This document shows positions 51,400 to 64,000 of a stretch of 64,000 nt of DNA, one piece after another. The first letter of the stretch is position 1. Every line of letters begins with the position of its first letter. A program made the translations under genes and the position numbers. This DNA comes from Dicyema japonicum (taxonomy: Eukaryota; Animalia; Dicyemida). The stretch spans positions 496,001 to 560,000 of the forward strand of contig RDEW01000014.1 of assembly GCA_011109175.1 (NCBI GenBank). Direction: 5' to 3'. The notes beneath the pieces were generated by a model, which was given only the letters and a program-made list of their open reading frames with translations, did not search any database and had not been told where the DNA came from.

Positions 51400-52110
51400 G
51401 TATGCATAGTGTGAATGGAGCAAAACAAATAATCGTACCCGATAAGACTTCCAGATTGTGGGTTCTTTGTGTCCAAACTACCTGCTTCAGTCCTCCATTT
51501 TATTGACTCCTTCTTTAGATAAGAAATCTATAGTCTTCTGAGTAACTCGTATTCTTCTCTTTAAAAATTCTCGGTCCAAATAAATAGACACCGTCTTAAC
51601 TTTGTCCGAATGTGATTTCGTTCTGAAATTCCTGTTTGATATGGGCAAGGTCTCCAGAGAAAATAGGTTTCGCAAAACAATGTAAATTCTCTTCCATAGA
51701 ACTCAAATTGTTTGCGCTTACCATGGTTCACATCACCGTGCAACAACATATAAGTCGATAAGAAGAAAGTTTATCAGTCATGAAAGTCCTGTAATGACTC
51801 CAGTTGACATTATTCGTATCAAATTCATAAAACCCCGCAATACATGGCCGACTTTAATTTAACACATAAGACTTGTGAAATATGGTCGATTCAGATATCT
51901 CAAAGAATACTAGAAGTATCCACATCGTCAATAAGAGTGATGACACCAGAAAAAAACCAAGTTTATCACCACCTGTATACCAATAATGATTTGGTTTTTT
52001 GAATGTCAAAACCCCGAAGCCAAGAGAGTCGGATAAATGTCTCAATCTTCATCTATCCAGATTCCTCCAAAAGCAACATGTTTAGAATTAAAATCTCCGA
52101 CCAAAATAGA
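51400..52110 (+). CDS. Possible unknown multi-exon gene
   Basis: An 18-nt putative intron (gtaaattctcttccatag) joins ECDFVLKFLFDMGK.. to ..IVCAYHGSHH..KPRNTW in one frame; strand not certain. Confidence 0.25.
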
Positions 52111-52162
52111 TTCGGATAGTCAATAAAAAAAAAACTGATTGATACTGTCCATACAATTAATA

Positions 52163-53610
52163 CAGTGCAACCTCCATTTGGGGCGGACCTCCTCATTGGG
52201 GCACATCTATTTTTGGGGCACCCCCAGGTTTTTGGGCAGTTTGAAAATCAGATCATTTTTATACAGTAATTTCCAAATTTAGAAATTACCTAAACGTATT
52301 AGTGGCACTTAATTTTTTTAATTTATATAAATCTTGCAATTAATATTAAATTTAATTATATAAAATTTTCTTAAACTTCGCTTCCTAAATTTGCGTTTTT
52401 GTTTTCATGGGGAGGAAGCTTACTCTGGAGTTAAAGCTTAAAATTGCCCAAGAAATCAACGAAAATTGTTTCATGAGCGAACGAGATAATGTCAAAAAAG
52501 TATAAAATTAGTAAAGGTTATCTGATAATTTATTGTTTAAGAGCAGTATCTAGAATTAAACAAAATTAAATGAACTTTATAAATAATGGGTACGTACAAT
52601 CAAATTGTCTTAGTCAAATTTCACAGCGAAGAGACAGTCTGTCACAGAAATTGTTTATGAATGCTTTTTTAAAGCAAGGAAGAACGTTGTATGAAAAATT
52701 TTAACCCTGAAGAGCACGGAGTTTTATATTCGTTTTCTAAAAATTGTTGGATGACATCTGATATATTTATTACTTGGTTGAACATTGTCAACGAAGAAAT
52801 GATTCAACACAACCGAAAAATTGTCCTTTTGCTTGACAATGCAAGTTGTCACAAGAATAATCATTTTTCTAACATTGAGCTATTTTTTCTGCCAAAAAAT
52901 GCAACATCATTAAATCCAACCCTTAGATATGGGAGTTATTAAATCGTTCAAATCCAATTATTGATTAATTTGATGGATTTTACCCTATCTTTTGAGGATG
53001 ATAAGTTTCCAATGTTGAATTTAAAGCAAGTAAATCTCAGACAAATAATCATTATTGTTGGGAAGACATGACAACAAATACACTCTGAATCAATTACTAA
53101 TTGTTGGAAGAAAATTGATGAATGTCGTTTTCAAACTCTCTCATTGGTGAATAATGGATTGGAAAGTTTAGATAACATAATTAAAAATATAATTACTGAA
53201 AATGAAGTAGAAAATGATGACGAGAATATATACGACAGAGTAAAATGTACCTATTCTCATTTGGAAACAATAACAGCGATGAATACACTTGAAGAGAACA
53301 TTTTCAATTTGTTTGCTGAAGCTTTGAAAGATTATTATAATTTCAGAAAAATATTAGGAATGCAAATGAAACAATCCGCAACCGGAGGGAAATTAACAGA
53401 CTATTTTCCTATCGTTAAATAAATTTGTTTTTAATATAATTCTGAAAAATCTATATAAAAAAACATTATTTATCCATAAATTTAATAAAAAGCAAATTTA
53501 AATTGTTAAACTGTGGATAAATCTAAAGAAAATGCCGAACCTCCATTTTTGGGGAAACCTCTGTTTTGGGGAATTTTTTTAAATAGGTGCCCCAAATAGA
53601 GGTCATACTG
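52163..53610 (+). mobile_element. Tigger/pogo (DDE_1) transposon, internally deleted
   Basis: TA-flanked TIRs cagtgcaacctccatttggggc / cagtatgacctctatttggggc; WMTSDIF, VLLLDNASCH, FFLPKNATS. Confidence 0.9.
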
Positions 53611-53719
53611 TATAGGGTTTTCACTATCACTAACGACATTAGTCAGTCAATAACGAAAATAGTAAATCATTAATGACACTTCATCAATCAAATACAAAAT
53701 GAATATCTATTGTAAAAAT

Positions 53720-54560
53720 TGAGAAGAAACCGTTGCACTCTATTTTATTTCAGTGTTTGAAAAACAAGAAGTAAAATTGCTGAATCCTCTGGATGGCTAA
53801 TGCATGGAAATCACTTCCCTATAACCGAGGAATGGCTGTCTACTTCAGGATCGTAACATGTTTTTGATAACGGAGAAACTAAGTGCGGACATTTTAACTC
53901 AGCAAAGTAGACCGTCAATCACCATGCAACTAGGTGTGGGAGAATGCTGAATAGCTCATATCTCAGGCGGCATAATGAAGTGGTCAGATGTTTACACCTA
54001 CATCTCTGCCGTCAATATGGAATAAAAAAAGCTAAGAAACTGAAGACCCATTAAGTACAATCTGTTGTCGCAAATGAATTTGTGAAGATTCGTATAGACA
54101 CGACGATAAGTACGGATACGGCTGTAACGAATGACAAACTCGACATTTTCATTTATGATGAGACAAAAAAACGATTAATCTTGTTGAAATTAGGATCACT
54201 TCGCAAAACTGCCTCAAACAGGTCGAGGTAGAAAAGTTCCACAAGTACTGGCGAACGAACTTGAGATTATCAATCGCGCAAAGGTGAAAAAAATCCCTGT
54301 TGTCATCACTTGGGATGGAATTGACTTCAGATTCTCCACCTGGATGTCCTCAAGGTGGAGGGAGGGTCAAAGCTTATATACAGACGCTAGTGTTAGGGAA
54401 GACTTTGGATAGTATGAAGCTGAATAGAGGCATTGAGTATCGATGCCTGTTGATGAGGAAGACGGCAGGGAATAGGTAGTCTCTGAATGTGGAGGAATGC
54501 AGAGACGTGAACACGCCTATAAAGACAATAAGGGTTACCTCCAAGAAGAGAAGATTGAGT
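53720..54560 (+). mobile_element. R2/NeSL-like (RLE) non-LTR retrotransposon, C-terminal remnant
   Basis: Across frameshifts: LLQDRNMF, YLRRHNEVVRCLHLHLCRQYG, IDTTISTD, DIFIYD, QVEVEKFHKY, IPVVITWDGI. Confidence 0.85.
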
Positions 54561-54649
54561 TAGACTGCCATATAGAAGAATTACTTTTACTTATTGTTTG
54601 ATTAATAATACTAATTAATTAAGAAATTAAAAGATTAGAATTTTATTAT

Positions 54650-57940
<3,291 letters not shown>

Positions 57941-57969
57941 AGTTCTCCATTTGCTCACTTTTTTTCTTT

Positions 57970-58190
57970 AATATTATTATTATAAGCAACATTTGTAAAA
58001 TCATAATAGTTATAATTTCACTCGTGCAGTATTCAAAACAATCCTACGAACCAACTTCTTACAACCTCCTGGATCGTAAGAGAGTTTCCTCAATTACGAT
58101 CCTGGTCGTCTCCACTTCTTAGGCGTTTGTTCACGCGCTTTAAATTTCCGTCAAGTGTTTCATGTAGTTCTTTAATATTTTGTTTAAATA
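57970..58190 (-). mobile_element. RTE 3' fragment with (TAA)n tail
   Basis: TLDGNLKRVNKRLRSGDD..LRKLSYDPGG.KKLV. Confidence 0.7.
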
Positions 58191-58369
58191 TTTCAAAAAA
58201 AAAATTTTCAATCTTCTCCCTAATCTTCAATAGAGGATTTGGTCAGGGAGAAGGTGTATCATGCGTGAAGGACTCGTCGTCCCTAACATGTGGGATCTTT
58301 TTGATGAGAATTGAACAAGAATTGATGCCTCTCTAATAATCTCTTTATCGTATGACTTCTTCGCCTCTG

Positions 58370-58520
58370 ATTCGTAGACGGCTCAGGACCACCCTCACGA
58401 TAATCCTCAACGGTGACCTCCAAAAGATTAGGAGACGCCTCAGAGACAACGAGGATCTGTATGGACTACGGGAGCTTGCTTATCAGAGAGGCAAGTGGTG
58501 AAGATGACCTTAGTTACTAG
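58370..58520 (+). mobile_element. RTE 3' fragment abutting the family gene
   Basis: RRRLRTTLTIILNGDLQKIRRRLRDNEDLYGLRELAY. Confidence 0.75.
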
Positions 58521-58529
58521 TTTAGAAAA

Positions 58530-61310
58530 AGTTTTGTCATGACCATGGCATAGTGAGATACTTAATTATTTCATGCTTTACTTTACAAAAAGCCAAGTGT
58601 GATTAAGCGGTGAGCTTTCAAAAAAATTGTCGGTAAACAATTGGTAAATACATTGCTATTTACAATCAACACGATGATAATTCGGCTCTTCGTCAAGTAC
58701 TTAGTTGGTTGGGCTTGGGTTATAAACAATTTACTCATTTACTCAAACTAGTTTGGAACATGTGATTTGTTAGTTTGTTTTACGTGGTTCTTGGAATTTT
58801 TTCAAAAAGGGTTAATTACCAAAAATTGACAGCCAATAACATTTATCTAATACCCCAGGGTCACCGAGAAAGAAAGACAAAATATAGTGATAAAGTGCGG
58901 GGATTGGCTTTGACTGCGTAAATCTACATGCCAGTGATATGGCATATGATTAAGTTTAAAAGACAAAAAAATATATTCAGGTATTTTTAGCTTACTTGAT
59001 TACAATATTTAAATGTACAAATGACATTTTGTAGAGATTTTATAATAATGTCAATTCTTTGTTATTTGATAAAAGAACAATTTCTAATATTGAATAATCA
59101 CGATGACCAATAATGTTCTTTAAATTCGATTATATTAGCCAGTACAGGAATAATTAAGAGATGACTGCTAGCTGACAATCACTCTATCAATCTTTGAGGT
59201 TTCTGTGTATTAAACAAATTTGTAGAGCAAAAAGTAAAATGATTCTGCGACTTTTTTTTCAAATTCGATTAACATATATAACAAAAACTATTCCTTCTCC
59301 TGTTTTATTCAGATTTAAGCATGAGTTTATAAAATCAGCAATTTTGATAGCTTCAGAATAGAAGAAACTCTTTTTCTGTTTCTTGTGACCACTGTCGAGG
59401 TAACAAGCTCTAAAAGATCGGAAACCTAAAGTTCTGAACTCAGGAAAAATCGAATCATTTAACCACGTTGATTAAACATCATCGAATAATATAATTTATA
59501 TAAAAGGCAGATAGGATCAATTTTGTTGCTTTATCGCATTTTTGCGAAAGATATTTTGAAATCTTCTACTCGATCGCCAGTTATAGTTAATGAGTTAATA
59601 TTATGGTAAACACTGGTAATTTAGTTAAGGGGAATTAGAAAACGATAGGGTTCGTCAATCAACTTTTACCAGAACGTCGCCTAAAGAAGTTTTCTATGCC
59701 ACATGGTAATCTTTGAAGATAACTCCCAGATAATTTTGTGCGGTTTTTGAAACATCGAATAAGATTTTTGAGAGTTCCACTAACCTTGGACATTTTTATC
59801 TAACCATAGAAGAATCGGCTTATGAGTGGTCATGGTCTTTAATGTCAATAAATATTATTTTTACTCCATTTTGGGAAAATGTGTACAAAAATCGATACTA
59901 CGTGCAGATACACTATCACACAAATAGTTTTATAAATTTGTTGTATAGATATGAGAGGACTACATCTGGTTAAGTTTATATTTTGTTACAAAATGTATGA
60001 CCCTTTTTGAGATATATTTTAGAGGTAACAGAAGAACCCTATAAAAACATGGATAAATTTAAAAAATTAAAAAATGATATTTATTTAATGGTTTACTTTT
60101 CAAATAATGAATTTACAAATCTGAATGATTTAGCATAACCACATAATATTAACAACAAAGAAAATATAAGTTTATTTTATAAACCACAAAATTGATATAT
60201 TTCATATAGTGAATTGTTCCTAAATTAAGAAATTATGTTTGAAATATTTTTGGAAGTAGAATATGGACTTTTCAACTCAGAGGCCAGTCATAACCGTGAA
60301 ATCTTCTCACTCGAGGACTAGAGAAGATATTGTTTTAATATCAAAAATTGATTTCAACCCATTTATTATAAACCTTAGAAAAAATTATCTTAGTAAAAAT
60401 ATAGTGAAATGCTATAAGTGCAGGACATAATCCTGGTTGTTCCAAGTTAGAATCTAGCTGCTTTACAATTCGCCTGAAAATTCCATATATTTATTGGATT
60501 GACGAGTGACCACGTCATTATTAAATACTCCACTGTGGACTGTAGCGTCTACTCGGAACCACATGTGACAAAAGCAAAAAAAATGAAGAACGTTCCTTGA
60601 ACCACTTTCTACGATTAGCTACTATAACTTTTCTTTACTATAATAAAGTTTGTGTTATTCCTTTCTAGGAATATATTTATACTAGTTTTTGTTAAAATAT
60701 AGTATCCTACCGACACAAGAATTTACAATCTTTATTATGTCTTAATTAGTTTAGTTAGTGAAGAAGAGTAAGACTGATAGATTGACTATTTTTCATAACA
60801 TGACTATTTTATTTTCTGATTACAAAGTGAATGAGTTAGAACTACCACCAGTCGCACAAAAAACAGTTTGGAATATACTTTCCTAATATTGATTAGAATT
60901 TATGCAAAATTATATTTTAAAAAATCAACTATTATATAAGAATGTAAAAGTTTAAATTTTATTATTAATTAATTTTAGTCCAAATAAAGAATGTAATAAA
61001 TTTGTCATTAATCTTTCAAATCAGATTCTAATTTAAAAAAGTAACCAATTTTCACCATTTATGTTTTGATATGAATTACTCTTCTTAATTCTGTATCCGT
61101 CGACTTTGCAACATCATCAGCTGATTTAGATCTCTTCATTTCTTTATCGATGCTTTGCTGAAACCGTACTTTTTCATTTATATTGCGAATTAATGGATGA
61201 ATTTAAAAAAAATGTATTATATTTTATTAGAATATTGTACATGAAATACCGCAAAATATTACGTATTTGGAATTTAAGGACAAATACGAAAAAATTAAAA
61301 ACAAATACAA
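58530..61310 (-). pseudogene. Expanded family, copy f (complete B plus 3' part of A)
   Basis: Reverse complement of 20150-22853; LVELSKILFDVSKTAQNYLGVIFKDYH, PIPALYHYILSFFLGDPGVLDKCYWL, ISLCHGHDKTF. Confidence 0.7.
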
Positions 61311-61314
61311 AGAT

Positions 61315-61560
61315 ATAGTATCTTGAGGGTATGGGATTTGATTACTTCTTTGAGTCCATTGTAATGGTGAATCCTAGCATTGTCCATGAAAAAGTAGGGA
61401 TCCACAATTCCTACTTCGTCTATCAAGACTTTTCGGCTATCCCCAACGTCAAATAAAATTTCTCACAAATTCGTCCCATATTCATATCGTTTCTTTTATA
61501 ATTCTTTCAAAGTTTAAATTCAATGTAATAATATTGAGAGTTTTTACTATTTAGTTATAG
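61315..61560 (-). mobile_element. IS630/Tc1-like (DDE_3) transposase remnant
   Basis: FFMDNARIHHY..LKEVI....ILYL. Confidence 0.65.
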
Positions 61561-62039
61561 TCAATTGCGAGGAGCGTGAATCTGCACTTCTCAGGAAGAC
61601 TTGCATTCGTCTCATAGGTTGGATAAGTTTTCATAAACTGTGACAAGGCTCCCAGTTTGGTCTTAAGTGTTTTTGTGAGCACTTTTAAAATTCTCATTTT
61701 CTTCATAACAAAAGTTACTTTTCATACATGTCAGATAAATAGAGTTCCTGATAAATGTGACCACAAGAATCCTCTATGTTTTGCGTGTTTAAATCCCCAT
61801 ATAACTGCAAAACATTTTAAAGTCCATCAATAAGCAAAGTAAACATCATGTGCAATAACATAATTATGTCATGACAAAAATTCTCATTTTCTATATAGCA
61901 AAAGATTAAACACTAACATATATTTACGATGGTAACTGATAAGTTTGAACTTCTTATAGATCTAACATAGATTGTAGCATCATCATGTATAATGAAAATA
62001 TATTCGCATAAAATATATTTGTCGAACATTGACGCAAAC

Positions 62040-62650
62040 CTGAAATTATAATTGGGAAATTTCTTGAGTGGTCGACGAGGACGAGTACACTATGACAATT
62101 GATGTTCCGTATCGAGAATATTAGCAATTGGCGTTCCACATGGCCCCCCATTATCTCCCCTATTGTTAAACGTTAGGATGGATGACTTGCCACTCTCTCA
62201 GGGGGACGCTGACTTATTATTAACGTATGCTGATGATATAGTTATTGCCTCGAGGGATGTGAGTATTGTGGATTCAACGAGAAGAATACAGGACAATATG
62301 AATAAATTAAGTTCATGGCTTTGGAAAAATCAATTGACTGATAGCCCGGAGAAGTCGGTGTCGACCATATTCACGACAAACAGAAAACTATGGAAAGTAT
62401 CAATTGACGTCACACTGGATGGAAAGATTATCCCGCAAAACAAATACCAGAAAATCCTGGGAGTCACCTTGGACACCTTCTTAATCATTACAAAACATGT
62501 CGAAAATATGTTATTGACTTGTACGAGGAAAATCAACTTCTTGAAGGCGTTCTTGTGAAACCTAAGAACATGAAAGATCTGAGTGACTGGTAGTCATATG
62601 CAAACAGTTTATCGAGGCGACAATAGGATACGCATGTAATATCTGGGGAT
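62040..62650 (+). mobile_element. Jockey/I-like RT remnant
   Basis: FLSGRRGRV, GVPHG, LTYADDIVIAS, KILGVTLD. Confidence 0.9.
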
Positions 62651-63489
62651 CTTACTTTTCTACAATGAATTTGAAAATATAAGTTTAATTATGTAAAAAT
62701 TAGAAAAAAGTTGATTTGTTAAAAAATATAGATTATATATATATTTTTTTAATAAAAACATTACGATAAAAGATAGTTCTACAACATAACAAAAATTAAC
62801 ATGTTCAACGTTATTTAACTAACAATAAAAAAGTTAATATATTTAGTAATCAACAACCTTCCTCGCCACACTGTTCGCCAGACTCCTCAGGCAGATTCGA
62901 TTCTGGTTCCTGAAACAACTCCGAGAGCGCTTTGTCCAATTGAACCCTCTGCCCATATGTCATCTCAGGGCTCTGCCTCCTATACTCAACATGTTCAATA
63001 TTTATAAAATTAATTTAATGTAAATCAAAAAAAATATATATATTATTTTAGTTATTTATTCGAATCGCTATAAATCACTTTCGATTAGCATGATAACCTA
63101 ACTGATGACTTATACTGATTCTCATTCTTCTATTCAGCGTTTCATTACGTTTTACATTCAATTGGATGTCATTAAATAACCAACATTTTAAAAATACCAA
63201 ACAATTAACATTAACGTCATCACAGTCTTCCATTTAATAATATATTAAAATCTACTTGTTAAAAATAATATATTAAGATTAAATCTATTTTAAATATCTT
63301 CTCATATATTAATGTCTGTTGATTTAATTTCAAACTTTATTTATGAATACATATAAAGTTGTAGTAATCGATATAATATAAAGTTTTTAGTGCTAATTAG
63401 TGGCATCTGTCCGACATAACGATACTCATTAGTTTAATTTTAAATTAGTGTAAATTAAAAAGTGTCACAAAATAATTAATTATTATTTA

Positions 63490-63960
63490 GTAGTAATAAC
63501 TCTCGAATATTACAGACTATATTTTAATTTTTTTTGAATGAACTAGAAATATTTAAAAATAAAACTTTTTTTGATGCGAACGATCATTGAAAATCTGATT
63601 ATACATTTGTTTGTAAGATTCTGTATCGGAATCAGAATCTTGTATGAGTTGGTTATTTTCCCAAGTTTCATTAAAATAAAGCCATTTCTCGTTTTCGCAT
63701 CTTTCAAATTTGTCTCTTTTAATTCTTTTAGTGTTATAGAATTCTTTATACCTTTTAGATTTTGGATATAAACTAAATATATTTAAATATTAAACTGATT
63801 ATATTTATCTATAAAAGAAGAAGATCTTTTCATCGGTTGATATTCTTCCTCATCAGATTCAAACAAATTCACTAAATTTCAGATTTTACTATGAACCATT
63901 CCATAAATCCATTATCGTAGTAATCTGATTTTTATTATATAAATACTCAATGTTATTTTG
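63490..63960 (-). CDS. Possible unknown gene (exons run toward the window edge)
   Basis: Open frame YPKSKRYKEFYNTKRIKRDKFERCENEKWLYFNETW..; no family recognised. Confidence 0.25.
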
Positions 63961-64000
63961 AGAAAATAAAATTACAATCAAACATCAGAAAAACATAACT

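Noticed and set aside
51487-52045. Minus-strand ORFs with FEFYGREFTLF looked like a eukaryotic RdRP segment
   Set aside because: No DxDGD motif, and the plus strand gives a longer spliced frame; likely shadow ORFs.
58805-58830. gggttaattaccaaaaattg resembles nematode SL1; the SINE 5' GG start also suggested a spliced-leader RNA
   Set aside because: The similarity is short and AT-rich, lies within a family gene, and no donor site plus Sm-binding site is evident in either sequence.

Overview
AT-rich eukaryotic genomic DNA with very short GT-AG introns (mostly 20-30 nt, mode about 23 nt) and the standard genetic code; there is no prokaryotic signal and no CRISPR array. Only two conserved genes are recognisable: a complete 5-exon UBE2H/UBC8 ubiquitin-conjugating enzyme (2087-2731) and a gene with a CEP164-like N-terminal WW domain (from 7111). 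The rest is dominated by decayed transposons: RTE, Jockey/I-like, CRE-like and R2/NeSL-like non-LTR elements, three hATs, two Tigger/pogo, Tc1/IS630-like remnants, an intron-containing Ginger-like integrase element, a MITE and an ~110-nt SINE-like family. An unidentified multi-exon gene family is present as about six recent tandem/inverted copies (19.6-61.3 kb) plus older diverged paralogues (9.3-11.5 kb). A large inverted duplication (about 19.85-25.77 kb vs 31.2-41.9 kb) and other paralogous copies give empty-site controls for several insertions. Micro-introns at human-conserved positions plus a ciliary gene suggest a reduced animal parasite such as a dicyemid; this is inference only. All alignments and translations were done by eye, so boundaries of degenerate features are approximate.
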